Positions 1-12,859 of a DNA stretch of 64,000 bases are shown here, piece by piece. Below the pieces are notes generated by a model, which saw nothing but the letters and a program-made list of their open reading frames with translations, did no database searches and was not told the DNA's origin. Positions within the stretch are counted from its first letter, which is position 1; every line of letters begins with the position of its first letter. Made by a program: the position numbers and the translations under genes. Source of the stretch: Lama glama (Eukaryota). Location: positions 10,540,001 through 10,604,000 of the forward strand of contig CM052840.1 in NCBI GenBank assembly GCA_028534125.1, given 5' to 3'.

Positions 1-408
1 AGGTAAGTTCATTCTTGTATGGTAAGCTGTTCCCAACATAAAGGGGGTTTGGTACTTAGATGTCCATAGCCCAGTGTTAACCGTATAATCCGTCCCATAA
101 TAGAGGAATGGTACATGCGCCTAACCCCTCAGAATAGACAAGAGGTGACTTCTTTGGTGTTGGTCTAGTTCTTTCCTGAGACTGGGCCTAGGTAGCATTG
201 ACAGAAAACTAATACTGATGTCCAGAGTAACTTAACGTTTGGTTGATGGGCCATCCATTGAGTTCCAGTTAGTGATACCTGTGGTTTCTAGAGTAGTACT
301 GACATTTCTTTCCTCTGAAATGAAATTTCTTAAAGCTACCAGTTGGATCTTTGTAGAGGAGATATCCACCTAGTTAACCCAGAAGTGACAAGGGCAGTTG
401 TCCACAAA
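1..408 (-). pseudogene. Decayed class I (gamma-like) ERV env, SU portion, resembling envR(b)/ERVPABLB-1
   Basis: Manual minus-strand translation across frameshifts gives CGQLPLS..TSGLTRWISPLQRSNW, GWPINQTLSYSGHQY*FSVNAT and LWDGL..LTLGYGHLSTKPPLCWEQ. These are collinear with my recollection of human envR(b) SU blocks (CWVCGSLP..LPWWVSPLQGKDW; WPINKTLNEPGH..FSVNET; IWDGFIWLT..GHLS..PLCWEQ). Stops and frameshifts are present. Confidence 0.75.
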
Positions 409-908
409 NNNNNNNNNNNNNNNNNNNNNNNNNNNNNNNNNNNNNNNNNNNNNNNNNNNNNNNNNNNNNNNNNNNNNNNNNNNNNNNNNNNNNNNNNNNN
501 NNNNNNNNNNNNNNNNNNNNNNNNNNNNNNNNNNNNNNNNNNNNNNNNNNNNNNNNNNNNNNNNNNNNNNNNNNNNNNNNNNNNNNNNNNNNNNNNNNNN
601 NNNNNNNNNNNNNNNNNNNNNNNNNNNNNNNNNNNNNNNNNNNNNNNNNNNNNNNNNNNNNNNNNNNNNNNNNNNNNNNNNNNNNNNNNNNNNNNNNNNN
701 NNNNNNNNNNNNNNNNNNNNNNNNNNNNNNNNNNNNNNNNNNNNNNNNNNNNNNNNNNNNNNNNNNNNNNNNNNNNNNNNNNNNNNNNNNNNNNNNNNNN
801 NNNNNNNNNNNNNNNNNNNNNNNNNNNNNNNNNNNNNNNNNNNNNNNNNNNNNNNNNNNNNNNNNNNNNNNNNNNNNNNNNNNNNNNNNNNNNNNNNNNN
901 NNNNNNNN
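409..908. other. Assembly gap (500 N, probably a placeholder size)
   Basis: N run. Other gaps: 13275-13488, 19891-20390 (500), 48445-48727, 49828-~50004, 60622-61121 (500). Confidence 1.
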
Positions 909-1237
909 TGAACTGTTCTATAGCTTTTCTCCAATTGAGCTTGCAAATAAATTAATGTTAGGAATCCCAAATGATCATCAAGTGGGCCAGTCAAGTCCAT
1001 GCAACAGAAATTTTCAAGAGGACCGCTTGCAAGTTTTTACCGTAAAATGAGCTGAAGTTCCTCACCATGGCTGCCCCTCTGCAGTGCCCTTAGAAACAGA
1101 ACTCCCCATAACTGAGTACTCACCAGGATGAAGGATTCCCTTCCCGTGTAAAGCTGGCAGCAGAGGACACCTTAAGAAAGGCCGATAACCTCGACCATAA
1201 TAGGAGAATGGACAGGACTTAACCCCATGGCCTGTGG
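909..1237 (-). mobile_element. ERV leader plus decayed gag matrix, copy A (no LTR upstream)
   Basis: Splice donor CTG|GTGAGT (plus-strand actcac 1118-1123), then ATG at 1109 giving MGSSVSK (myristoylation-type gag start). Decayed WP..SF.IP / LIYLQAQLEK matrix motif follows. Reverse complement of 19474-19807. Confidence 0.8.
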
Positions 1238-1659
1238 CTGTGAAGAAACGTGGGCATGGTTCTCAAGTTTCTTAAAAATGAGTATTAAGTTTAGATTGGA
1301 TTAGAAAAACTAATATTTGCTCTTCTGTTAATGGTTATGAGTAATAAATAATATGTAACATCTGCACAAGAATATTCAAATAATTCAAATAATTAAAATG
1401 AATCAAAATTAAATTTTCATAGTGGGAGCACTTCCCAGTTGTGTTCTAAGAATTTGTATGGCTGTAATAAAACTGCCTTAGGGCACTGCATTGGCCATCT
1501 GCTTGAATGGATGTTTTCTGTCTGTGTACTAGGGGACTGTGACAGAGGTCCAGCAGGGATGGGGACTGGAGAGAAACTCTTTTTCCATTTGACAGAAGAA
1601 AAGGACAGATTTCATCCAACCTATTCTTATTGTGGTTTATTGCCTGAGGTGTAACAAAG

Positions 1660-2700
1660 GCACCAAACAAAAGGACAATTCTAAATATTGGTGCCCTCAC
1701 TAAAAAGTAAACGACTAATAGAGAAATCGTTTTTCAAGTTGAGCTGTTTTCAATAATTTGCTTTAAATTAAAATGGAAGAATCGAGCTAATTAAATTGTC
1801 AGCTGATATATCACCAAAAATAATTTTTAATGATAACTGATTTTTCACATATAAGTCTGAAATATTTTAAGATACTGAGACGTTCATTGCTATTAAAAAC
1901 AGATTACTATTACAATATGTGTGAACATATTTCTTTAATCTATATTATATACATAATCACCAGAAACTGACACATTGTAATTGACTATACTTCAACTGAA
2001 AAAAAAATGTATTGTATACATGATCACACACACACAACACACACTCACGTGGTAGAAAATTTCTGCTGAATCTTGTCTCTTCTTGGCAATAAGTATATTA
2101 ATCATGAAAACATAAATAACAACAAAAATCTCCATGTATAGGCCATCTCGTTAAGAAAGGTAAATAATTAAAATTTACCTTTTTGTATTTAATAATTATT
2201 TGCTAAATTTATAACATATTATACTATTTTAATTGAATACTCTTCTAAACTCTAATGAGTAATTAATCCACAGGAAAAATTTAAATAGTTAAAATTTTAC
2301 AGAGACAGAATTAAAAGTAAAATTTATGTGCCCACTTTTTGTCACATAAAAGAATGGCAAGGTGAAAAATAAATGCTTTCAAACCTAAAACCTGTTAAGG
2401 AAATGCTATTGAGAGAACTAGGGAGAAATATGAATTGAAGGAAAAAAATAATGTAAAATTTCCTGTAAGGAAATATTTTCTACACATATTTTTTAAATGG
2501 GTAATAGTGGGCATACAATAGCTATGGTATTTAGATTCCTCTGGAGATGTTAAGAAGAGTATTGTAACCATTTTATTTTATAACATCAGCTTTGCAATAT
2601 TCTTTAAATGGCATCCATTGCAAATTTTAGATGTCCATTAAAAATTTTGTGAGAGGTTACATAGATTTAAAACTAAAAATGTTTAGAGAATACTACACTA
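1660..2700 (+). mobile_element. hAT-Charlie DNA transposon fossil (3' part)
   Basis: Blocks such as gctatggtatttagattcc and aaattttagatgtc..gaggttacatag, and a terminal gtttagagaatacta, resemble the recalled Charlie 3' consensus. Subfamily not assigned. Confidence 0.6.
1957..2008 (+). mobile_element. Extreme 3' tail of a young L1 inserted in the Charlie fossil
   Basis: caccagaaactgacacattgtaattgactatacttcaactg followed by poly-A; typical artiodactyl/camelid L1 3' terminus. Confidence 0.7.
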
Positions 2701-3274
2701 AAGTATATTAAAGTTTAGTATTATATTATTTCTAAGCATGAGAATTGCATTAATGATACTGAGCAAGAAGAATAATTTATCCTTGAATTTTTTGATGTAT
2801 AAAAATTTTATGTCCACAAGTAAATGTTGTGAAGAAAGACCTCAGGCTTTGTTCCTCTCCTATTCCTGAACTCATTTCTCTTGAATTCTGCAACCTTTAT
2901 TTCCTGATAGTTTTCCAAAACATTTTGTTGGCCAATGGGTCATAGAGGACTGGAAAGTCCCATATTAAGTAATTTAATTGAATCAAGAAGTCTGGTTCAG
3001 TTGGTGTTAAGTCTTATGCACCCTGCCTTTTTCAAGTTAGCTCTTACTGACAACCGTTGCTGAATTCAGACAAATTAGAGGGAAAATTCAAGGCTCTTGA
3101 CCAAAGAAAGCAAATATAACCAGAGACAACCAGGAGACTTAAAATGTGCCAAGGGACATGGAATCATGGAAAAAGTAAAAAAAAAAGTGTCAAAAACTCA
3201 TTAAAAATGAACACTAACACTAAAAACAGTTTATTTATACACCTGCAACAGGCATTACTTTTACATCGTGAGCA

Positions 3275-4050
3275 TTGATTGATTGATTCACATCTTCATT
3301 CAACATGTTCCACGCACTTTCCTAGAGGTCAGAATACACAAATGAGTAAGACATCAATTTCATGCCAGGAATGAGATACATAAACAAAAAGGGACACTAA
3401 CCCTGAAAGTAGGAGACTGAGTTAGTTGACTGAGTCATCCATGAAAGAAGCAACGTGGGCCTCAACTAAGGGGCCATGGGGATAGAACGGAAGGAAGCAT
3501 TCAAGATATCTGGACTTTTTCACATGTTGAAGTGATTGAATGGACATGAGGATGAGGAAAAAGAGGAAATCTTGATGTCTGCCTCAGACAGCTGAAGGAT
3601 GGGGATAGGGCTGGGGCTGGTACTCACTGCGGCAGAGAATATGTGAGGAACAGCTGGTTGGCAGGGGCAGGAGAGTTTCTACAGCACAAGGAAAGAAAGA
3701 TGCCTGGTAGATGGGCCTCCGAGGGTGGATCAGAAGTGATGTTTATTTCATGGGGTAATAAGATCACTCAGGGGTGGAGTTAAGGGGAGAAGTGGGCTGA
3801 AGGTGGAACTCTGAGGACTCAAGCATTTCGAGGGAGTGAGGAAGGTAAACCGACAAGGTGGCTGAGGGAGAGCAAGACTAGCCAAGGCTTTTAAGAAACC
3901 AGGTGAGGGAAAACCTGAAGTGTTCACTGGACTGATGGAGGTAATCTTGGCCAGAGGAGCTTTAGAGATGCAATGGGAGTTGGAGCAAGATTGCAGTGGC
4001 GGGGGGGAGTGAAGATAATGTGTAACAAATCCAGTTTATTATGCTTTGAG
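3275..4050 (-). mobile_element. L2 LINE fragments
   Basis: attcattcaa-like tail then purine-rich decayed L2 body; heavily diverged. Confidence 0.55.
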
Positions 4051-4319
4051 ATGTTGTTGAGAAGCCAGAATTCATCGGCCTTCCGATGAATTTAAGGATT
4101 CACTCTGAGTGAGGTTAAAATAGACACTGGAGAGGAGAGAAATTACTTTCTGAACCACAACAACAGTAACCCAAGCAACATCACACTAAAAACTAAACAA
4201 CACGAGGCAAGCTCCAAGCTGATTCCTCGGCTTTAAGTTCCCTACACTTTTTTCCTGAGTTTTTCCTCGATTTTCAAATAATTTCTCACAAAATGCCTAA
4301 TTTACTGGTCCTCCACAAT

Positions 4320-4430
4320 GGAAAACTCCATCAGATTAGAGACCAAGTCTGTTTCGATCACCACCATATCCCTGGAACTCAGCATGGGTCCTGGCACATA
4401 GTAATTGACCAATTAATAAAAATGAACTAA
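4320..4430 (+). mobile_element. L2 3' end
   Basis: aaactccatcag..tctgtttcgatcacc..cctggcacatagtaa motif. Confidence 0.6.
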
Positions 4431-4962
4431 TATGTAATATTTTAGAGAAATTACAGATGTCGTAATTGCTAGTACTTTAAACAGCAGAATACAACTGGAA
4501 TTTGAGAAGAGGAAGCCTGGGAGATTAGGAATCATTTCTTTGTCTTTTATTTGAGAAATGAAACAAATTTAAGTATATCATTCATGCAGCAAATATTTAC
4601 TGGGTGCACATGTGCTCATGATATGTTTGGGGGGTGAGAATCCATTTTGTTTCTTATAACTCTCTGTTTAGATCCTTCCTTAAATCAGCCTAGTTATAAA
4701 TAATGTGAATAAAAAGGACTTCTGCTGAACTTTGGAATTATTTGTAGTGAATGTTCTTTGTTAACATCAGACAGAACCAGTTATACCTTAAGCCAAGTTT
4801 ATCAAACATTTTCTAATATGCTGTTTCCAAACACAAGTATTGGCATATTTTTCCATGAGAGCAAGTTCTGTTAACAATGTCTGTTATTTGTATTCAAGAC
4901 AAATTCAATATAGGACTCTTTTTCTTTCATAAATGGCCCTCAACCTTCATTATAAACAAGAC

Positions 4963-5070
4963 ACACCTGGGAATTTGTTAACTCTGCAGATCCCAGAATC
5001 TATACTACAGGAATTCTGATTCTCAGGATTGGAGGTGGAACCTAAGAGATGGAACTTTTAATAAGCACTT
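4963..5070. mobile_element. MER5-like hAT MITE
   Basis: cacctgggaatttgttaa..gcagat..attctgattc..cttttaataagcact. Confidence 0.6.
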
Positions 5071-5784
5071 CATGTCTGAAAAAAAAACCTACCTATTTTT
5101 TTTGTCTAAAATGTAATGATCTAGGCTGCATTCCACCTCCCAGGGCAAACTTCATTTATGACGTCCTTATTAATAAGGACCAGAGACTAGTCCAGTGATA
5201 GGCAATCAGTGTTAAAGTTAATTGAAATCTAGATCTAACAGCTCTTCTCTCTTTGAACAATTTCCCCACGTTTAGAGAAGAGGACTTCTTTAATGGTTTG
5301 TGACAGGAGGATGGGATGGAGGTTATTTACAAGTAATTGTGTTGTGTGTTTCCACTTCAGATGACTTGCTGCTCAAACGTGTGCTGCGGCTTCTGCAGCT
5401 TCAGGGAGAGCAGTGTTTAGGGAGACCCAATACAGGGAAGAGCGAGGGGCAGATGTTACTTATGAGAAGTTCTTCTCTAAATAAACATAAGAGAAGAATT
5501 TGCTGGTGAGGAATACAGGGGAAGATGTGAACAGAGCATCAGTGTGGAAACATCAGTATGTTTAATAAATACCTAATAATAAAGGAGAAGTTTTGACATC
5601 AAGTGGACAACATCCTTCTATATTAATATAAAATATAAAATATTTAAAAAAGTGATTTGCCTACATAAATTAGTAACTAGTAGAATAATTCTGGAAGTTA
5701 AGACCGGAATGTCCTCCTATTTGCCTACTATTAGGGCCCTTTTCTATTTTCACAATAAATTGCTGACTAATTTTGATTAGAGTT

Positions 5785-5935
5785 CCCTGACAAGCAGCAT
5801 GAGCATCACCTGGGATTTTATTAGAATTTTGTCCCCAACCTCCTCTCCCCTAGATCTACTGAGTCAGAGATTCTGGGGAGGAGATGAGGTGCTTTGGGGC
5901 CCGGCAATCTGTATTTTAACAGGTCTTTTAGATGA
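5785..5935. mobile_element. MER5A-like hAT MITE
   Basis: cagcatgagcatcacctggga..ctactgagtcagagattctggg..ggcccggcaatctgtattttaacag. Confidence 0.75.
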
Positions 5936-7781
5936 CCTGTTAAAAGTCTTCTGGCTTTTTATACATGAGCTTTCTGTTTCATAACTTACAGGCAGAGGTA
6001 GCTCTAATGATAAGAATTTTTAATAACTGAACGCAATGACTTTACTCTTTGCTAATTGCAATACATTTCTTACTTTCCTGACACGTTGATTTAAGGAGCA
6101 ATACAACATCTGAGATGTTAACTTGTTTTAAGCGCTGCTTATAAAGAAATGTTTTAAGAATCATTCCATATAAAGTATTCATGTAAAATACTCACATTCA
6201 TAGTTCTTTTTGTTGACAGAATTTTAAAATAAATTTCTAAGTTATTATTTGAAAAGCTAAGGCAGTTGTGCCATTAAGCTTATTCTTTGTTGAAACAACA
6301 AATGATTCTGACGAATCTTATAAACTCTCGACACAGTCATATCATACTTTTATAAGTGCAATCAATTCAATTTTAACTTTTCCTCCACCTGTGGTTTTGA
6401 TTACTTATTAAATGCTTATTATCAAATGGACCTATTAGTCCAACTTCTCTTTGCCTCACTTTTCCTCTCCATAATTTAAAATATTAATCTCTGTATTTTA
6501 ATGAGGTCAAAATGCACTAGAATGATATCTCAAAAGTGCGTTGTCTCTTAGAGGCACTCTGTATCAGCAAGGCTTTTATTATTTTCCCTCATTTCCTTCC
6601 TCTCTCTGGGAGGGCACTTTTGAGATTATATGAAGTTGGAATTTATGAGTTTACACAAATACTGATCAACACAAGACCAGCACTTAAAGAAAAAGAAGTC
6701 ATTGCAAAATATTGTGAATTCTGGGACTGACAATTTTGTTTTGTGGGTTTTCTTCCTGAGGCTGTGTACCAGAAAGGGCAATAAAGGGTAAAACTCATTA
6801 GTGTATCATTATCTTTTGTCTGAAGGAAACAATGTGTGGCTTCTGGGCAGCCCAGTTGGTGTTTGCATTGGTTCTGAGTGTATTTCAAACCAGCTATATT
6901 GTTTAAACAATTCCCCCTCTTAAACATGAAAAGGACCACCACTAAACCACAGAGATGACGCTAAATTACTAGGTGATGATTCTTCTGGCTCCTAAAGGTT
7001 TCTAGATCTCTCACCGAAATCATGGATCTTTCTCCTAATGAGAAAGCTCAGAGCCTTTATGACAGACCTCCCATGTAGTCTTCCCTCTTCTGCCCCCAGG
7101 ATGCTCTGTGGACTTATGAGAAGCTTGGTTTGGAATCAAGGTCATGGAATTTTCTCCAGCCCTGACTCTTCAGCAGTTCCTTAGAAACTGCAAAGTATTC
7201 CCAGGTCTATCTGCAAACCCACATTTATCAGCAACTGTATAATCAACATGTTTGATAGTAAAAATCCAATCTGTTTTCTCTTTATCAAAATAAGGCTTAA
7301 ATGAATATTGGTGGTTTTATTTTATTCTGTCGTTCCCTACATTTACCTATCTTCCATAGGGATTTTCTTGGACTTTTTTTTGAACAGTGATATCAGAAGA
7401 CCATCTATGATGAAATCTTAAAAATATATTTCAGGTCATTTGGGAAGAAAATACCTTTCATACGGATTTCCAGTAAGTATAGTACCATATACTGTGTCTC
7501 CAAAAAGAATATTATTTGATTTATTTTTCAGGTAGATCTAGATTTTAATCATATATCTAGATTTTAAACAACAAAAAATGATTTCCTGTCGTCTGGTTTA
7601 TATTGGTTCCCAGTTAGGAAATTTTTCAGGTTTTAACGTCAGAGACCTAGAAAACGACAGGTGCCAAGAGAGTCATGGTAATTGAACCTTAATTCCGTGC
7701 CCGGATTGTGGGTTTTATTTTTGTTATTATGATGATCAAGTGCCTGATACGATCCAATGATGTAACATGCATTAGTAAATA

Positions 7782-8020
7782 GACAGTTAAGCAGTGATTT
7801 GCATTTACACCCTGGAACTAGACTGCCTGGGCTCCAGCCTCGTTTCCAACACTTCTTACTATTGAAAACCTGAGCAAGTTTTAAAATCTCTTTCTGCTGC
7901 GGTTTCCTCGTCTATGAACAGGGGAAAGAGACTCCGACCAGCTCATAATGTTGCAGTGAGGATTAAATAAGTTAACATGTATGAAACTTCCAGAGTAAGT
8001 ACATTTCCCAGTAAATATTT
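7782..8020 (+). mobile_element. MIR SINE
   Basis: agactgcctggg..gagcaagtt..ggtttcctcgtctat..gtgaggattaaataag MIR core. Confidence 0.8.
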
Positions 8021-9859
8021 GTCAAAGTAAATTCTCATCTTCCAAATAAGAAAACTGAGCTTCTACCATTATTATTAAGGGCCATGAATCACATGTATGT
8101 CTTTCTGACAAAAAGTTCCTTGGTTTTTCCACATATATCACAATGGCTCAAAATGAAAATTCCCTTTACCTTTTTGCAATTTAACAAGGTGCCTTTCCAA
8201 TTACATCATTTTAAGTCTCCAAAGAAAACCATAAAATAATATTTAAAAATGGAAACAACCTACTGTTGTCTGGAATTCTTACTAAACTTTTTTTTAACAA
8301 GGAGCCCCATATTTTTGCTTTCCTCTGTGTGTTCACACTTGGAGGCAAACAATTCAGGGACTGTCTGCTTCGGGCCTCTTCTGGCCATCCTACATTTCTG
8401 GAGGGATTATTTCCGCACATTTATAAACTGCTGGAGCCCATCCATGTGCCCTGGCACATTGGTTAGCAACTCTTCTTCAAGAGAAATGCCTTGAGTTTTA
8501 AAAAAATAATGTATAAATTTGTTGAAAAAATGTTAAAATTTCTGAAACATATTAATAGCCAGGAACGTACATAATGTCAGCAGAAAATAGAAGTCCTAAG
8601 ACATAGATCTACTACCTAATCCCCCAGCTTTCAAAAATCCAGATTCTATGTAGCATCAATCAAAGGCACGACAGAGATGCCAAGAGAGTGAAGGTAGCAC
8701 CTTATGAAGCAGCAGATTTTGCCATGAGTGTTATTTCTAGTCATTTCACAGGGAGAACCAGATTTCATAATTCTTGAAAATCACGCCTGTTAAATTCCTT
8801 TCATGTAACTTACAGATTTGGTTCTCACATTTCTAAGGATGTCAGTTTTTCACATTAATTCAGGCTGTAATTGACTGGCTTGTGCTTTGTGAAGGGATGA
8901 ATATTACTGGAAAAGCAAGGGAATAGAGAGATGCTAGTGCAGAAAGGAAAACTGCAGTTTTGAAATATTATCTGTCAAATTCTGCCATCAGTTGGAGGAA
9001 CAGGGCTAATTAAATCATTCATAAAAGGCAAAATCAATCATTTTCTGGCTGGATGTACTTGCTTTTTCTTTAAGGGATGTGCAAAATTCTGAACAGAAAA
9101 TAGAGTTAGTTTTTATGTGGAGAGAAATGTGTTCTCCCCTATTTTCTCTTTTGAGCTATTAAATCGTCCCAGGTCTGAAGGTCAGAGTTGGTAAGTGAAG
9201 CCTGAGTTTCTCAACTTGCTGTCTAGATGGATTCCTAAGAAAAGCCAACTCCATTTGAAAACTATGTTTTGATCAGAATTTTATCTCATTCAGAAACGTC
9301 CACCTCACAAAAAGAAACATCCTTTTCTGTAGCAACAAATTTCACTGTGATCCTGCTCCAGAATTTGTGCTTTTGGTTAAAAGAGGCTTTGGATAAAAAA
9401 AATTGTACGCATGGCTTGGCATTACTGAATACTAATTTGGAAAACACAAACTCCTAAAGTACAGATTGTCTTTACGAAAGGCAGCACTTTTTTTTTCCTT
9501 GATGAATTTGTTCTTTGACAGAATATCAGTTAATTCTAAAGTATTCCTGCGAGTTTTCAGAGTGTATTCAGTTGTTGTTGTCAGTGACGACGGTGTGTTC
9601 CTTTTTCAATTTTCCTGTGCAGAGGAGCAAAGCTGATTGTCAACTTCAAGAATCTTGGTGCAAGCCAAGTTTTAGGAATTGAGTCATTTAAAATGTGTCA
9701 AGCTAAAAACTCTCTTAACTATGTGAAGGAATCTTCAAGTGGATTCTTTTAAAAGGCAAATACTTTTGGAAGTTGAAGAATCACTCCTTCTCAAGTTTTC
9801 CAAATGTACGTTTCACATACTAGTTTCAGGGAAAACAAAGGATAGTGATGTACTTGGTG

Positions 9860-10105
9860 ATGCCTCCTCTCTAGGAGGAAATCCACTTCCTTGCTCTTTC
9901 CAGCGTTGACTCATGCATGGTTCCCTTTCTCTGTCTCGAAAGCCAGTAACGTTGCATCTCTCTGAGCATTGTTTTTTAACCACAGTTCCCTCTGACCACA
10001 GCTGGGAAAGGCTTTCCTACTTTGAAGACCCATGTATTATGTTGGGCCCACCTGGATTATCCAGGATAAATCCCCATGTTGAGATCATTAACCTAATCAC
10101 CACCA
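9860..10105 (-). mobile_element. MLT1 (MaLR) LTR fragment
   Basis: ttccttgctctttccagc..tgggcccacctggattatccaggataaatcccc..ttaacctaatcac. Confidence 0.75.
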
Positions 10106-11231
10106 TAGATTCCTATGTTCAGAAGCCAGAGTTGCCATAAGGTAAAACAGGATCTGTTTGGATTCAGTTTCTTTTATTATCTGACCACGTCTGATGATGA
10201 AATGGAACTTTTAGCCTTACTGCAGTAGGTGTGTGAGGGTGCTGGGGAGAAGTTTTTTTCTGTGGGATTGTCTGGCAAGGTGAGGAAAGTCAAATAGAAG
10301 GGTTCTTATGAAGTCGTGTCCCAGTGACGTCATGGTAATCTATCTTGTGCCTTACTGATGGGCTCATTTGAACCATTGGATAGATTTCGCTTTTTCAAAA
10401 TTGTCTATTACCACAATTTTTAAAATAAAGCTTGTTAACCTGGTGATTGCTTATTTGCATCAAAGAATTTAGGAAATACAAAAAGGCATGGGTCAGAACC
10501 AGAATGAACATAGAAAAATGACAGCTCATTTAATAAAATAGCAGACCCTTCCCATACTGCTGTTCTCATGGCCGCAGCAAAAGAACCATCTCATCTTGAA
10601 ATGACTTCAGCCCCCGTGGGCTCCTGCCCTACAGCAAGCTAGTGTCAATATCTACTTGACATATTGATTACAGAAAATAGTAAATTAATATATCAGATGA
10701 ATAGAAAACAAAACAGAAAAACAGACAACTTAAATCTGCTCAAAAATCACTAAATTCCAGGATTATCAGAAAGTCCCATGAATATATATTTAATGACTTA
10801 GAAAAATGGTAGTGGAGTGAGTATATTAGTTCTATAAATAGTCTTGAACTCTTGGAGAGCAGACATGTTGGTGAGGTACCTCCCAAGTGATGTCAGGGTA
10901 CTATTAATCCCTCTTAGGTTGATCCTTCTCAGATTTATTTGCACACTCCCTAAGACACTGACACTACCCTTACTGCTTGGAAGAAAACTATTTAATAAGC
11001 AAACACAGAGCCAGCCCTTACATTCACTACCCAAGGACCCTTGGCATTCTTAGGACAAGGTTGTTCCTCATGCTAGTTAACGTTTCAATTCCAAGGTTCT
11101 ATTTGTAGATGCTCATTGACCATCTGACAACCACATTGGGCCCTAAAAGTTTCTCGAGAAAAGGGAGTAGCTCAGCATCTCCTAAACCATAAATCTCTGA
11201 AAGCTGGTTCCACGGAATGATAGATTTCTAT

Positions 11232-12625
11232 GACTGCCTTTCTCTCTGTATCTTCAACTTTCGCGGTTTTAATTATGGTATGTCTCAGAGTAAATCTGTT
11301 TGGGTTCATCTTGTTTGGAACCCTCTGTGCGTCCTATAACTGGATATCTGCTTCCTTCTACAGGATAGGAAGTTTTCAGCCATAATATCATCAGTCATCA
11401 AATAAATTTTTATCTCCTTTCTCTCTCCTTTTCTTTTTCTGGGACCCCGTCCCCAGTGCAAATGATAGTAAACTTGTTGTTACCCCAAAGGTCCCTTAAA
11501 CTATTCTCATTTTTAGTTTGTTTTTCTTGTTTGCTGTTCTGATTGAGTGGTTTCTATTATTCTAGCTTCCAGATCACTTATGCTTTCTTCTGTATCACCT
11601 ACTTGCTATTAATTCCTTCCAGTGTGTTTTTCACTTCAGTTATTGTATTTTTTACCTCTGACTGATTCTTTTTTATAGTTTCTAGTTCCTTGTTAAATGT
11701 ATCACTGTGTTCATCGATTCTTTTCCCTAGTTCAGTTGGCATTCTTATTACTAGTGGCTTGGACATTTTATCTGCTAAATTATTTATCTGCTTCAGTAGT
11801 TGTTTTTTGAGGGCTTTTTTTCTCATTTCCCCATTTGAAACAGATTCCTCTCTCTTCTCATTCGGCTTAACTTTCTCTGTCTCTATGAAATAAGGTGAAA
11901 CAGTTCCGTATCCTGGTCTTGTGTGGATGTCCTTGTGTGGGAACGTCCCTATGCAGTCTGTGTGTGCTCAGTGCTTTGGTAGGAGGGCTGGGTATGAAGT
12001 GAGCACGGGTCACATCTTCCCTCAGGGTGAGCTGGCCGGAGATGGCGCTGGAGATGGAGGGGCTAGAGCTGGAGCCAGGTGTGAGCCAGGGCTTCTCCTT
12101 TGCTCAGTGGCTGTCACTGCCCTATTGGGGGCGAATTCACGTACCAGGGTGCTGGGTGCAGAATCCCTGAGGTTCGGGGGTGAGAGCTAGAGGGGGCAGA
12201 GGGGCATGCACTGGGACAGCTGTGGGAAACCACCCAGAGTTCTGGGCCATTTCCATTTGCTTCCTTTGCCTCGTGCCCAGGAGTAAGCAAGCATGTGTGC
12301 GCTCTTCAGGGGTGGAGTCTAGGCTTCTTATTGCCCTCCTGTCAGTCCCGCTGGTTTCCTGAGCTACTCACTCGCTAGGGAGGATCTCTGAGCCATGTAA
12401 TCCCTTTCTTTCCCTGTGTGCCCCCCTAGGCGTGCAGGTCCTGACCTGGTTGTGACTCTTTCTATCTTCCCTAACTCTGTGTGGATCATCGTTTACAGCC
12501 TTGGCTGTAGATGAGTCTTTCTGCCAGTCTCCGGGTTAGTTTCAGTGAGCATTCCTCGATGTGTAGATGTGTCTTTGATGTGTTCCTGGGTGGAGGTGAG
12601 CTCAGCATCCCCCTCCACCATCGTT
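11232..12625 (-). mobile_element. L1/HAL1 5' UTR plus decayed ORF1
   Basis: ORF 11599-11826 reads ELGKRIDEHSDTFNKELETIKKNQSEVKNTITEVKNTLEGINS, an L1 ORF1 coiled coil. GC-richer 5' UTR ends in ggaggtgagctcagcatcc..ccatc, the typical L1 5' terminus. Confidence 0.9.
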
Positions 12626-12859
12626 ATGACACATAGTTTTAAATAATAGTTATCACTAACCACTCTGACGTGGAAAAACAACAAATGAAATCATTCTTTT
12701 AAAAAATGGTTAATTTGCCTTGGACCCTAGAGAAAATATGTGAGGAAGGAAGAGTGCATTGGTACTTTGGTATGAAGTGGGGTGAGAAGTTGATGCCTGT
12801 GCCTGTGCAATTCAATTTTCTCAGTCCAGTAGGATGGGTAGTAATTTATCCTAGGATAG

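Noticed and set aside
343-1050. Long ORFs spanning N runs (also near 13.2, 19.7, 48.4, 49.7 and 60.6 kb)
   Set aside because: Their length comes from translated Ns.
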